DNA of 64,000 bases from IMG/VR virus record IMGVR_UViG_3300027851_001141; one strand, written 5' to 3'. Below are positions 31,382-42,604 of this stretch, piece after piece; the stretch's first letter is position 1; each line of letters begins with the position of its first letter. This DNA comes from an uncultured virus (IMG/VR IMGVR_UViG_3300027851_001141) (Duplodnaviria; Heunggongvirae; Uroviricota; Caudoviricetes). The translations under genes were made by a program, and so were the position numbers. Under the pieces are notes generated by a model. It saw only the letters and a program-made list of their open reading frames with translations, was not told the origin of the DNA and searched no databases.

Positions 31382-31879
31382 ATGAGTCTCTTGAGCATAT
31401 CCGATAGGATACGTATTCTGGCAGCTAAAGATCCCTGCTCTAAGTGCGGAGGTTCTGGAAGGATTCCTCAGTTCGGTCACATAGACGAAGGGATATGCTA
31501 TTGGTGCAAGGGCTCTGGTGTGGAACCCAAAGGTAGGAAGGCGCCTAAATCCAAAGTAGGACCCAAGCAAACTACTGACGAAGAAGACGTCAAAATGGCC
31601 ATATACCAGTTACGTACCTACTACAACAACTTTAGGAACGCACTCCGAAGGCACGTAAGAGAGTCAGCTCACGACGAGTCCTTTCATATCGACTCGTTCT
31701 GGTCGCAGTTTGACTCAGAAAGGTTCGATCCGAAAGTGGGTAAAAAGGAGTTCTTTTTAGCAGTAGCCGACGCTATTCGTGAGATTCATGACAAGGGGTC
31801 CCCAGAAAAAGCAAGAGAAATACTACGGTCTTTTTCTGACCTTAAAAAGAGATCGGACTCCGTATTAGGCGATCGCTAA
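31382..31879 (+). CDS. Protein with DnaJ-type zinc finger
   Basis: CSKCGGSG...CYWCKGSG repeats. Confidence 0.6.
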   Translation: MSLLSISDRIRILAAKDPCSKCGGSGRIPQFGHIDEGICYWCKGSGVEPKGRKAPKSKVGPKQTTDEEDVKMAIYQLRTYYNNFRNALRRHVRESAHDESFHIDSFWSQFDSERFDPKVGKKEFFLAVADAIREIHDKGSPEKAREILRSFSDLKKRSDSVLGDR

Positions 31880-32085
31880 CTTACTCAACTCGTGAGCCCA
31901 CGCTGGAAGAGTTTCTCCGGTAGCGTCAAGCTTGACTATGTAAGGATATATCCCTCCATGTCTTACTTCTACTACCGTACAGGGCCCGGTTCCTCCGTAT
32001 CCTTGGTGAATGCATTGAAACCACGCGCGGTCTCCTACACACAGACCCCGTTCGTCGGCTAGTATGGTCATGGTTCGATGCCTTC

Positions 32086-32709
32086 TTACGGTTTGAGTTT
32101 ATTCGAGTGGTTTTGAAATTTAGAGGACAGCCTTCCGGTAGTAGTGAAAGATAGACTTCCAGTGGTCGTGAAAGAGGCTACGGAATGAGGCGCTTGATAT
32201 CTATCAAACTGTTCCTGTGTATTCCACAGAAACAATTGAGTGGTCTTGTCCACATCAGTCAAAAGCACATACCCATTTAGGGAGCCATTTTCCTTCACTA
32301 TCACAGACACGTTAACCTTTCCCGTCGGGATTAGTTCAAAATCCAACCCATAGAGGATCTCTTCCTCAGAAGGACGATACACCTTTTCTTCATCTTTTTT
32401 ACACAAAAAGGATTTTCGCTGGATATCGTAGCTTCCGTCAGAATAGCTATTTCTAACGATTATTGTTCCGTCCTCCGTGGAAACTGCGGTAAGAACCCAC
32501 TGCGTATACGGAATAACTGCGTCGTACGCCTCCATTTTTAGGATGTTGGCATAAGTTACAGAGTGGTTGTCTCTTTTCTTTACCACCACTCTGCATATAT
32601 TCTGTGAGGCCCATGTCTCACAGTAATAGGAACAAGTTTTATTAAGGCATTCCACCGAGAACCCAGAGTCGTAAGCCCCTGGGTGACCGCAGTACCTACA
32701 GTCAGTCAT
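32086..32709 (-). CDS. Hypothetical protein with N-terminal Zn ribbon (paralog of 44822-45214)
   Basis: CRYCG..GAYDSGFSVEC.N..C shared N-terminus. Confidence 0.6.
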   Translation of the reverse strand: MTDCRYCGHPGAYDSGFSVECLNKTCSYYCETWASQNICRVVVKKRDNHSVTYANILKMEAYDAVIPYTQWVLTAVSTEDGTIIVRNSYSDGSYDIQRKSFLCKKDEEKVYRPSEEEILYGLDFELIPTGKVNVSVIVKENGSLNGYVLLTDVDKTTQLFLWNTQEQFDRYQAPHSVASFTTTGSLSFTTTGRLSSKFQNHSNKLKP

Positions 32710-33454
32710 AGTCTTCCTCATCATCGTCATCATCGTCATCGTAGAGGCCACATCCCTCTTCTTCCTCTTCCTCTTCCTCCTCGTCTTCCATTTCTTCCTG
32801 GAAGACTATTCTATGAAATTCCTTGACCTTTTCCTTACTAGGAGCGGGTATAGACTCGTAGACAAAGAGACCGTCTTTTGTATTTCCTCGCGATACAAAG
32901 TTCCAGCCCTCGTCTACAGAATGTGTGGTGAACGCGAGATCAGGAAACATTTCCTGCATTTTGGCAAATACAGGAAGTGGGAAACTCCATGCGGTATTGA
33001 ACACAATTTCCAGCGTAGATGGAGACCTGTGGATGGACACATCGTAGGAGTTCCACTTAGTCCCCCAATTATCAATGGACCATTGGTACCAATCAACGTA
33101 GCCAGATACTTCATAGCAACGAGCTGCTCTTTCGCCCGCAGACCTCTGAGCGTCGGTAAGTCCGGATAGCAGTTCTTCTCTACTTGAGAAGTGAGAATAA
33201 TTGTAGTGGTCCCTTACCCACTGATCCCAAGAGACATCTTGGACATCTCCCATGAAGCTGGCATACTTTCCTGTGAGGGCGTAGAATCCCGTGTATGCAT
33301 CCGTGGAGGATTCGGAATTTTCCACCTCAACTGGCTTGGGTATAATTGAACCAAAGTCGAAGTGGTCATTCGTCAGGACCTTATCAGAGAAAACCTTAAG
33401 GCTCTCTGGACTTCCTGAAATAGAGCAACGGGTTGTAACGTGGTTGGGCATCAT
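32702..33454 (-). CDS. DUF1281/YubB ferredoxin-like (Api92-like) protein with poly-acidic tail
   Basis: MPNHV, FDF..IIP.P, DWYQWSIDNWGTKWN, FNTAWS.P. Confidence 0.75.
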   Translation of the reverse strand: MMPNHVTTRCSISGSPESLKVFSDKVLTNDHFDFGSIIPKPVEVENSESSTDAYTGFYALTGKYASFMGDVQDVSWDQWVRDHYNYSHFSSREELLSGLTDAQRSAGERAARCYEVSGYVDWYQWSIDNWGTKWNSYDVSIHRSPSTLEIVFNTAWSFPLPVFAKMQEMFPDLAFTTHSVDEGWNFVSRGNTKDGLFVYESIPAPSKEKVKEFHRIVFQEEMEDEEEEEEEEEGCGLYDDDDDDDEEDYD

Positions 33455-33981
33455 CCTTCTCCTATGTGCTTAGAAACTTCACCAGTTTTTAGGGTTCTCC
33501 AGTCAGGCCACGTACGGTTCTGATTTCTGTTTTGTTTTGCCACAAGGCATTTGACCAGTTTATCTCCGTCTGCTCCGGCAGACCTCCACGCCCCATCCAT
33601 AGCGAGGAGAATGACATCCACCCATTCCTCTAAAGAGGAGGGGTCTTCCTCTATCTCTTTTAGTTCCTCTCTGATATGAGAAACGACCCCAGAGTACCTG
33701 TCTCCTGGACCAAAAGTCTCCAGAGACCATTTGGCCTTTTCATTGTGAAAATAGCTTAGGTCAAAACTGGAGAGCCACTGTCTTACCTCGTACCTTAGTG
33801 CGAGGGAGACTAAAAGTATTACCGACAAGGTGGCCCCAGCAGAATACCACTCTTGTGCATGAAGTTCCCTGACTACCTCCACCAAAAGAAGGGTCATCAT
33901 GACTAGGATGAGGGAAACCCACAGGATACTAGATAGAGTAACTCTTTTCGGTGTCATTTGGATTCCTTTGTGTACAGCCAT
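33451..33981 (-). CDS. DUF550-type dATP/dGTP diphosphohydrolase with N-terminal transmembrane helices
   Basis: WSLETFGPG..GVV.HIREELKEI...EEWVDVILLA.DGAWR..KQ.RN..R.WPDWR. Confidence 0.78.
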   Translation of the reverse strand: MAVHKGIQMTPKRVTLSSILWVSLILVMMTLLLVEVVRELHAQEWYSAGATLSVILLVSLALRYEVRQWLSSFDLSYFHNEKAKWSLETFGPGDRYSGVVSHIREELKEIEEDPSSLEEWVDVILLAMDGAWRSAGADGDKLVKCLVAKQNRNQNRTWPDWRTLKTGEVSKHIGEG

Positions 33982-34255
33982 ATTTCTAGTTCTTTCCTTC
34001 TGATTTCCGCTTCTTCCTCGGGCTCTTCGTGAGACTGAAGAATAGAATTGAGGGCACTCAATACAAAGCTTGACCCTCCAGAAACATGCACTACTAGGTC
34101 CCTTAGATTTCTAAGGAACTTGATCTCATCGTCGTTTCCACTCTCTACGAATTTTCTGCAGGAGGCAGAAAGGGAGGAGCAGAGCTGACTGTCTGGAGCA
34201 TCGCCCAGGGCGGAAATAAAATCTCTATACTGTGTCATACGACCCTATTAAAAGA

Positions 34256-34279
34256 AAAGAGGGCCAGAAGGCCCTCTTT
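34256..34279 (-). terminator. Intrinsic terminator
   Basis: AAAGAGGGCC-AGAA-GGCCCTCTTT hairpin with T-run on the minus strand. Confidence 0.7.
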
Positions 34280-34950
34280 GTCAGTTCCGGCTGCCCGGCC
34301 TTCCAAACGCCACAGGCCTCACTGGAGAGCCTGTCCCACCCTCACCGTAATTCAATATACGAGATAGAGATTCAGCCGCAACCTTAACCGGTTCTATTAT
34401 GGGGTCTGGTTCACCTTCTGTGGAAGGGAGTGGTTGACCAATCCACAAATTCAAGTAGTTATCTTTATCCATTTGGGTCACCAGTCCTCTAAGTTGAGGG
34501 CGTCTACAGAAGAATCGAAGTTGGATTCCTTTGCATCAAATATTATTGTGAGAGTCTCTACCTCCACCTTTTCCAGACTAGAGAAGTAGTCTCCCCAGGC
34601 TACTCGACGACCCTTTAAAAAAGAAGGACTTTTGGCGTTTGTTGACAGAAGAGCCTGCGCCACTGCATGAGCTTTAGCTGGGTTGCCATACACAGACACT
34701 ACGTCTACATGTCCGTGTGACGTACCAAAGGTATCACCGTCACTGTAGTATCCTACCACGGCATGCACAATGTTTCGCGGAGAGTCAAAAGCAGAAGCAG
34801 GGACTTGAAATGACGCGGTACGGTAGAAGCAGTAAGCCGAAGGAAGCGTTTCTTCTTCCGTCACGATGGCTCCTCTAAATTTGGTAGTATAGGTTTTTCC
34901 GAAGAGTTCCTGAGAGTAAAGAACATGGACCCACACTGTTTTTTCTGTGT

Positions 34951-35379
34951 TCACTGAGCACCTTCTTTAGAGCGCAACCTGTCAACGTCGGTCACCAGGA
35001 ATACGTCCCATTCTAATGGGTCTCCCACTATTCCGGCGCGACTGGGATGCGGGTCGTGCAGGACACTGCCCCTACTCCATACCACAGAGTGGTTCCAATC
35101 TCCGCGTGGAGACTTTCCAGAAGCAATGTATACGGCTTCCCCGTATTCCTTTGGATAGGCCCCAAATGGGTCTTCTCTCCATGTAGAGATGACGACCCCG
35201 CAGTTTTCATGTAACCACTTGTTAGTTTCTGAAAACCATGCTTCTCCGCCCGCACAAAAGTTAGGAACTGTCTCTAACGGAAGTCCTAAAATGGACGCAA
35301 TGCAGGCAGCGTAGCAATTTCCTCTTTCTTCTTTAGAGGTGTGGGGCCCACCAAAAGTAGTTTGATCTTGAAATTTCAT
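34951..35379 (-). CDS. Papain-like/C39-like cysteine-protease-fold protein
   Basis: GNCYAACIASILGL...HSVV....HDP (Cys-His-Asp). Confidence 0.5.
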   Translation of the reverse strand: MKFQDQTTFGGPHTSKEERGNCYAACIASILGLPLETVPNFCAGGEAWFSETNKWLHENCGVVISTWREDPFGAYPKEYGEAVYIASGKSPRGDWNHSVVWSRGSVLHDPHPSRAGIVGDPLEWDVFLVTDVDRLRSKEGAQ

Positions 35380-35691
35380 CTTGTCCTACGGCAGCTTTAC
35401 TCTGGGAGGAGTTGACACAGGCCCATCCTCAGCGGCATCCATGCCTGAATCCATCCATACAATTTCATCGTGAATAATATGGACAATCCTCGGCCACAAG
35501 GATTCGTACTTCTCTACCTCTTCCCTTTCGGACTCGGACAATAACTTGTATTCGTCGTCCATGAGGGAGAGCAAAGGACTGTCCTGCTTAGGGTTCCAAT
35601 TAGGATGCATTCTCCTTTCCCTAAGAAGGCGTGCCAAAATTGTGTACCTCTTTAAAGGGGTGATATCTGACTCCATACTTGTTCTCCTACG

Positions 35692-36537
35692 TCAGCATTC
35701 TGACGACAGAAGCTGTGCTTCATCCTGAAGCACAGCGTCTAGTTCCATCAGGAGTGCCTTCAGTAGCCATTTGTTTTCTATGGAGGTTAAGGTGCCTCGT
35801 CCCCCTGCCTCCAGAACGGTTTCTTGCTGTTCTGGACTAAGGCATTCGAACATGTGTAGACCAGTCAGCGCCTCCCTGACTGCACTGGTCGCTAGCTCGG
35901 GTAAGGATGTGAGCGGATATAGAAGCGTCACGGGACGTAGCCAGCTATTTTCTAGCTTGAGAGCCTTGAAGATATTAGTAAGTACAATCCTACCTCTCCT
36001 AAGTCGGATTTCGTCTAATTGGTAGTCCGCCCAGGGACCCTGTATATCCTTTGGACTTGTCTCATAACTTTTAATGAATGTAGGGCTCAAGTCCAACCTC
36101 AGAATGACATACGAAAGGGGACTTAGGTGAGGGTATCCTGCGTTGACTAGATCTACGCTCCCCTTGCCAACGTAGCCTGCATAGAGGTCCTTAAGAACAG
36201 AAAGAACTAAGTGAGGATCGTATTCAAAGAAGGGATTACTCGGGTCTGCGCTCTTAACGGCCCAGTCGGGAGGATCAAAACGAAGAGTAGTTTCTCTACG
36301 TTTTTTTAGAATAGCATTCTCGACTACTGAAGGAAACCAAGATTTAGCTATGGAGGCAATTTCTTCCTTATGGGCTGCTGTGCGCTCTTCCTCCTGCCTT
36401 TTTTCTTCCTTTATTTTTTCCTCTAACTTGTTTTTACCACGTGATATAGCCTCATCGACGTCCTTCAACCAAGGCTTCTCGTAGTAGAGGACATTTCTCT
36501 TTGCTTCTTCTAACGTGGAAACTTTTTCGTCTGTCAT
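35692..36537 (-). CDS. Hypothetical protein, NPF-YD family member
   Basis: WFP...NPFFEYDPHLVLSVL shared with 38604-39656 and 43176-44102. Confidence 0.6.
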   Translation of the reverse strand: MTDEKVSTLEEAKRNVLYYEKPWLKDVDEAISRGKNKLEEKIKEEKRQEEERTAAHKEEIASIAKSWFPSVVENAILKKRRETTLRFDPPDWAVKSADPSNPFFEYDPHLVLSVLKDLYAGYVGKGSVDLVNAGYPHLSPLSYVILRLDLSPTFIKSYETSPKDIQGPWADYQLDEIRLRRGRIVLTNIFKALKLENSWLRPVTLLYPLTSLPELATSAVREALTGLHMFECLSPEQQETVLEAGGRGTLTSIENKWLLKALLMELDAVLQDEAQLLSSEC

Positions 36538-36878
36538 AACACAAGCTCCAGATCTCTAGGCAATTCAGTGCCAATCTACATCGGCACAGGTTAGACGTTC
36601 GTACCCGTCTTTTTCCTGTATTCTTACCAGACAGTTGTCTGGAACCTTCTCTACAACTAACTTATCCCACCCTGCGTAGCACACGGGTTTGGGCAGACTT
36701 GGAAACCTCTCCTCCACGCGCTTCTTGAACTCCTCTAACACAGTGGAAGACAGATCTTGCGCCTCTACCTTAGACACAAGCCACGGATCCTCCAGAAGAA
36801 AAGCACGTAAAGCCCTAGGCTGGTTCAGATTCCAAGACACCCAACCAGCCCCATACCCAGGACTGATAACTACTTTTC

Positions 36879-37472
36879 TCATACGTCTTCCTCTTTGAGT
36901 TCCTTATCTGCCGAGAAAAGCTCCAATCCGTATCCGTCAGACGACACAAAGACAAGCCCTGTTGCGCTTCTGCGAATGGCCCATATGGGTCCGTCGCTAT
37001 AACAGTGCTCCCCAGGTCCGAACTTACTCCACTTTTCATGGCCTTTTGCAATATTTCGCCAAGAAAGAAGATGTTCTCTGCTCTCGGAGTATGTGAAGTG
37101 ATTATTTTCTACAAACCACCAGCAGTCTGTGCGATCCTCTACCCACCAAGAACCGAGAACAACTGCCTCCCCTTGAGCGTGACGCACTTCCCCGTCAGGA
37201 AGAGGAAGAGCGGACACCCAGTTGTTGTCGTTTTCCTCTTCTGTTTTCCCAGGAGAAACCAACTCCCAATCGGTGGCTTTAATATCGTTCACCCTAAATT
37301 CGTAAGACAGTGGGCTGAATCTTCCACACAACCCACCGTCAGGAGCAACGAATTGTATGATTTCATCGCCCTCTAGATCGTGACTTAAGTATAGGCGACT
37401 TGCTTCCGCCCAACTTTTTCTCCTTATGACCCCGCCCGTAGTTAGATAGGGAAGTACATCTTCTAAACGCAT
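36879..37472 (-). CDS. DUF2829/Tad2-like N-terminal domain protein
   Basis: GGVIRRKSW...DIKATDWELV. Confidence 0.6.
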   Translation of the reverse strand: MRLEDVLPYLTTGGVIRRKSWAEASRLYLSHDLEGDEIIQFVAPDGGLCGRFSPLSYEFRVNDIKATDWELVSPGKTEEENDNNWVSALPLPDGEVRHAQGEAVVLGSWWVEDRTDCWWFVENNHFTYSESREHLLSWRNIAKGHEKWSKFGPGEHCYSDGPIWAIRRSATGLVFVSSDGYGLELFSADKELKEEDV

Positions 37473-38603
37473 GGTTATTCTGCCTGAAGTACAAGGAAGG
37501 AAGAGTGTGCGGAAAGTCGAGGTAACGCCTCATACTCTGAGACTGTTCCGACTTCCTCCCAGTGCGCAAGAGTCTTTAGTCCTTCTTCATCCAGTGAACG
37601 GTAGTGGACCAATCCGGCGTAGAATGTTGATCCGCCTGGGGTCATCATGTGGATAATTCCTCCACGCACATGAGAAACTCTACCGTAAATACATATTCCG
37701 TGTACTCTTAGCTTTACCGGAATTCCGACCTCCACCTGTTGCATAAAATCACTCTTTCTGCCAGAAAAACATGTGGCTTTGTTCCATGTGGAAAAAATCA
37801 ATAATCTTTTGAATTAGCCAATCCACCTGTTTTGTGGGTATTCTTTCAGCCGCTGACCCCAAAACAAAGACCCCGTGAGGAAAACGATAGAACGCAGCTT
37901 CTTTGTTCAAATCTGGGGAATTTGTGCCATAGTGCAAATACAGCTGCCCAACAACATCTACTCTGCGGCGAAATGGCCACCAACCCACAAGGTAAGAGGC
38001 AGTTACTTTGTGAATTCGATGTTGGTCGTTTTGAGTGAGATGCTGGCACTCTTTTTCGTTGGGAAAAGGACTGCAATCGATTAAAATGAGTTTCATTGTC
38101 TGGTAACTCCACTCTTCTCTGCTATCCAACGAAGCTGCCTATCGGCGTTCTCGATGCACTCTTTTAGTGAGTAGAAGTCGTCGCACCCCAGCGTATCGAA
38201 ATCATCTTCATCACGCTTAACAGTCACCAGAAACCAGTCCCACTTGCCTTCGCTACACCTGTTAGCTCCGAAGTAACCAAGAGGAGTGTGTACGTGCACG
38301 ATGTCGCGAAATGGATCGTAGCCTTCTTTCACATCTTCTCCCCGTACGGGAAGTCCAAGGATTTTTAGCTCGGGGTGTTCCGGAATCATCTTTTTTTATC
38401 CTCTAGTTTGTGAACGTACAGGCGCAAGTCATCCATAAGATTCCATTCGTCAATGATACGACTGGGTCCGCCTTCTTGGCTAATGAGCTTGTGCACGTCT
38501 TCTTCCGTAGGGTATGTAGGTCCGTCGCCATCAGGCCATAGCTCTTCGTATGCTAACTCCACACTAACTTCGATGTCTATTTTAAACCTTGCTTTTTTGG
38601 ACG

Positions 38604-39656
38604 TCATTTGAAACATCTTTCGCTGAGTGTAAGTGTCAGCACAGTGTACTCCATGTTGGGCCAGTCAGGCTCAGTGGTAGAATGATTCTTATAGGTGCCT
38701 TGGAAGTATGGACCGTAGAGGTCCACCAACACCGAAAGAACCAAATGACAGTCATAAGGAAGAAATGGATTGTCTTCCGGATTTAGCCCAGGTCCAGAAT
38801 CTCCCCAAGTAAGAAAAATTTGATTCTTACCCCTGATGATAGTATCCTTGACCTGATTCGGAAACCACTTGGAGGCGATGGTTTTAATTCTCTGAGCGTC
38901 CTTTTCTTTTTGTAGGTTAAGGGCTTCCAATCTACGTTTTTCACGAAGAGCGTTTTTTTCGTTCTGCGCATCTCTTTCGGCGTTACCCTGAGCAATGGCT
39001 TCTTCGACTGCGAGTGTTATTGGATTTTCCAGAGGGTCTTCCACACAATTCAACTCAAGGTTCCCCTCGTGCCATGTAGCGATCTTTTCTTCTTCTCCTC
39101 CTGATATCTCACCCAGCGCAAGTTTTCTAATGGCGGCTGCCTTAGCAAGTACTGTGGGATCTGACTCCTGCTTAGGATTAAGAATCGCTAAAGCAAGTCG
39201 CTTCGATGCGTCACTACGCATCCATTGGGTTGCCTTCCTTACATCCAACTTACGATCAGGTGCTATTTTGCGAAGCCGTGCTTGCGTTCGAGCCAGCGCA
39301 ACCAGAGCTGGAATGTCTTGACTTATCTCGGTATCTCCGAAGCGGTTAGAGTGCATTTGAGACTGCTCGGGCTCGGAGGCCTCTTTGTATTGGCTTGTGT
39401 CGATCGTACCATGTATTCTAAAGTGGTCTAAAAGTGGTGTCAGCCCTTGAACCGCCTCTACTGGAAGGTGACAGGAGTATTCGGAACCATCATCTTCGTT
39501 CAGCAAGGTGACCGAAAGTACCCTGGTTGGATTCTTTTTGAGGTCAGCTATCCAACGAGAGGATATTAGGACACTCTGCCCTAGTGGATCTTTAAACCTA
39601 AAAGTCTCGTCATCAACACGAACTAGAAGAGGAGCACTCATGTGAATCTTTTCCAT
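38604..39656 (-). CDS. Hypothetical protein, NPF-YD family member
   Basis: WFPNQV...NPFLPYDCHLVLSVL; preceded by AACCC motif. Confidence 0.65.
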   Translation of the reverse strand: MEKIHMSAPLLVRVDDETFRFKDPLGQSVLISSRWIADLKKNPTRVLSVTLLNEDDGSEYSCHLPVEAVQGLTPLLDHFRIHGTIDTSQYKEASEPEQSQMHSNRFGDTEISQDIPALVALARTQARLRKIAPDRKLDVRKATQWMRSDASKRLALAILNPKQESDPTVLAKAAAIRKLALGEISGGEEEKIATWHEGNLELNCVEDPLENPITLAVEEAIAQGNAERDAQNEKNALREKRRLEALNLQKEKDAQRIKTIASKWFPNQVKDTIIRGKNQIFLTWGDSGPGLNPEDNPFLPYDCHLVLSVLVDLYGPYFQGTYKNHSTTEPDWPNMEYTVLTLTLSERCFK

Positions 39657-40072
39657 AAATCTTTTTCTTACCCTAGTATGCTCAGGGTTCCTTCCTAAGT
39701 CTCACTCTTCTGGTTCTGTTTCCTGAAGAGAAGCGGTCTCATCAAAGCTCGCTTCGTCAGGCCAAGAATTAGTGATCTCTTCAAGAAGGTCCTGAACGAA
39801 TTCCAGTTTTCTTTGAATCTGGGGCTTTAGCGTGTAGAGTTCTCTTACCTCGTGCTCCACCTCGGTGAATCTAAACACAGGCAGGTAAAATCCGTAAAGA
39901 GACGAACCCTTTCTTTTACGCAAAGACCCCTTTGCTTGGGCCAAGAGAATGTTGGCTAGTTTGTTGAAGGTCTGCTTGGCTTTGGTTCGATTGTTCTCTA
40001 CGTACTTCTGTACCTCTAAAAATACGTGACCGCTGTCATCGTAGGTCAGAAGTATGACGGGTTTGCTAGAGG

Positions 40073-40531
40073 TCACTTCGAACCCAGAGAAAGAGAGTCT
40101 TTCTTCTTTTGCTCGTCAATCATAGCCTGTAGGTCAAACGCGAGGCGTCCTAGAGACTCAAGTCCCTCTTCGGATAGAATCTGATAACCGATTATCTTGG
40201 CCTTGTCTTCAATCTGACGTGCGGTCATTTTGGTGGCGCACATACCTCTGCAGCACCACAAGAGGTTGTTGCTGGACTGGAGGAAGTACACAATGTGTTT
40301 GTAGGAACTGTCGTTATCGCACGAAATGTACGTGGTTTCTTCTACCTCTTCCCAATCTTCCGCAAGCATATTGCTCAGACTCATTATGTAAGGTTGAATC
40401 TGACCCACAGTTGTCACTTCCATGATATCTCTGGCATCATGAGACAACATAAGATGCGTTCTGGTGGGCCAGATTTTTCTGCGGATCTTATATCCATAGA
40501 GTAACTTCTTTAACGCGGCTTCGATTTTCAT
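40073..40531 (-). CDS. DUF2829/Tad2-like protein (paralog of 44353-44835)
   Basis: AALKKL..G.KIRR..W...MLAEDWEEV. Confidence 0.65.
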   Translation of the reverse strand: MKIEAALKKLLYGYKIRRKIWPTRTHLMLSHDARDIMEVTTVGQIQPYIMSLSNMLAEDWEEVEETTYISCDNDSSYKHIVYFLQSSNNLLWCCRGMCATKMTARQIEDKAKIIGYQILSEEGLESLGRLAFDLQAMIDEQKKKDSLSLGSK

Positions 40532-41009
40532 GGTTCACACCTATGGCTGCTGACGTAGTTCTTAAATTAGAGGTGTCAGACGTTTTCAGGAGACTCTAGC
40601 TTCTCTATGGCTTCTAACGCTCCCAAGGCAGCTATCAGGGAGGCGTGACACACATCACGTGAGGAATAACCCTTCACCCAGGCGTTATAGTAATACTTGG
40701 CGCACCTAAGAACCTCTCGTTGATAGTCTTCTACGGTGACTCGTCGTAAGTCTTTTAGGTCCATTTATCGTGCTCCACAGGTAAAGTTGGAGTGTGGAAT
40801 CGAATCACGTTATTTCCTTCTCCCTCAGTTTCGACAAACACACGATCACAGCAGTGGCGATGGTAGCCTCGTGACCACTGGCAAGCACGCTACCTCCACT
40901 GTCGTAGGTTTCGTCAGTCACCGCGAGCACGAGCCATTTCTGCGCCTGGTACGCACACTGCACGTGACCTCCCATCTTTTTAGCGAGCAGTACAAGGTGC
41001 TCTAAGTCA

Positions 41010-41112
41010 ACGAGATTGTCCACGTCGTTGCCCTTTTCTAGATCTGGCATTTGTAACTCCTTGGTCCAACCTTAAATACGCATATCCTGGATTCGGCCCG
41101 ACGGAAAAATAA
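41010..41112. repeat. ~100-bp dispersed repeat (copy 2 at 45551-45654) covering upstream region, RBS and first 14 codons
   Basis: Near-identical CTTAAATACG(C/T)ATATCCTGGATTCGGCCCGACGGAAAAATAA; MPDLEKGNDVDNLV vs MPDLDRSNDVDNLV. Confidence 0.85.
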
Positions 41113-41224
41113 TACATGTCGGGATTAGTTGGCTAGGGAGTAGACTGTTTGTTGTCTTATAGCCCGAATCTCACTAAGCATGTGTCTGAACGTCGGAACG
41201 TAAGGGGCAGGCCTATCGAAATAC

Positions 41225-41911
41225 TCATGGCATTTCAGAATTCTGCAGCCAGTCGGAGGGAAGGTCCCATTCTGCAGGAGCAACTCCTTCCGCCAGGTAC
41301 TTTATCTCCTCCTCCAGGTTTTGTTTTGCGTTGGCGGTACGCGTGGAAAAGTACCCAGTGAGATAGAAAGGGTCTCTGGACAAAAGAGCCTCCAGAGCTT
41401 TCGTTCTTCCTACCTTGTATTCTTCCAAGGGAACAAAGCTGTACTCCTTGCGAATTGCCTGCATGTACTGAGCGTACACAGGTCTTGGCTCCCCAAGAAT
41501 GGACAGGTCGATGTCCAGAAAGAACCGCGCCGACCAAAGGTCCGTGTCCGAGTAAAACTGATCTGTGACCTTGTGATTTGCGGTGTCACGAATCATCTGG
41601 TGGATGACACGCACTTCTCGCTCGGACCCTACCATTTCTGTAGTGAGAAGAGTGGTAAGAAACAGTTCTGCACTTCTCTCTTCGTTTCTACCGGGACGGG
41701 ATCTCGGGTCGTACACCGCGTCATGAAACCAGATGGCCGTTTCCACCACATCCGCCTGGGTTTTGGTTAGCCACTTGCTGTCAACCAAGGTATCCACCAA
41801 GCGCAGGCACGCTTGAACGTGGCTGAGATTGTGGTAATGACGGTGCGGCTCGTTGTACAGAGTGGTCAGAGAAGAGATGACAGACAAAGGTAGCATTTGA
41901 GCTTTCTCCAC
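41225..41911 (-). CDS. HD-superfamily metal-dependent phosphohydrolase
   Basis: YNEPHRHYHNL.H, WFHDAVYDP, NEERSA, FLDIDLSILG, IRKEY. Confidence 0.88.
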   Translation of the reverse strand: MEKAQMLPLSVISSLTTLYNEPHRHYHNLSHVQACLRLVDTLVDSKWLTKTQADVVETAIWFHDAVYDPRSRPGRNEERSAELFLTTLLTTEMVGSEREVRVIHQMIRDTANHKVTDQFYSDTDLWSARFFLDIDLSILGEPRPVYAQYMQAIRKEYSFVPLEEYKVGRTKALEALLSRDPFYLTGYFSTRTANAKQNLEEEIKYLAEGVAPAEWDLPSDWLQNSEMP

Positions 41912-42604
41912 GAACTAGAGTATGACCAGGGTTTGGCCTCACAAAAATATTCTAAGGCCCTAAAGAGGCTAGTACCCTCTTTAAAACCCCATACCCCCTT
42001 AAAAGGACAAACTGGAAAGGGGAAATTTCCCTTAGAGAATTTCCCGCCAGATACGTAGGTGCTTCTCAATTTTTCTTCCGGGCGTGTACTCCGAAGAAAC
42101 GTACTTCCAGGCGCGCAGAAGTCTCATTGCTCCACTGCGAGAAATGAGCCGTTTCTTGCGCAGAGTGAATAGCGTCCACTCCAGCTCGTCAATCTCTATG
42201 TCACACCACCGATGTGACAGAATTACTCCTTCCGCCTCCACCACGCATCCTATGCGCAGCAGGTAGGATATTCCCAGAAGAGAAGCCAAGTTCTCTTCTT
42301 CTATGGAGTCTTGCTCGGAAAGAAGCTCGAACCCAAACTCGGGCATCATCTTTCTTTCGGGCGCAGCTACAACCCAGTGCGCTATCTCGTGCGCAAAATC
42401 AAAAACGTCATCCCCACAGCCATGCCCGACGGAAAAATCAAAACAGCCCCATTCGCCCACTCCCCATTTGAATCCTACCCTACGTGCAATGGCCACCATC
42501 TTCTGTCCGTTTCTGGACCGCAGAAACTTAAGCCTGGCTTTATTTTTGTGCTGTAGAGAGGAATCGTGCTTCTTGTAAGGTATCACACAGGGGGTCGCAC
42601 CCAT

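Noticed and set aside
32061..32075. AACCA-TGAC-CATACT as another promoter copy
   Set aside because: It has a mismatch in the conserved block and overlaps a start codon, so it is likely coincidental.
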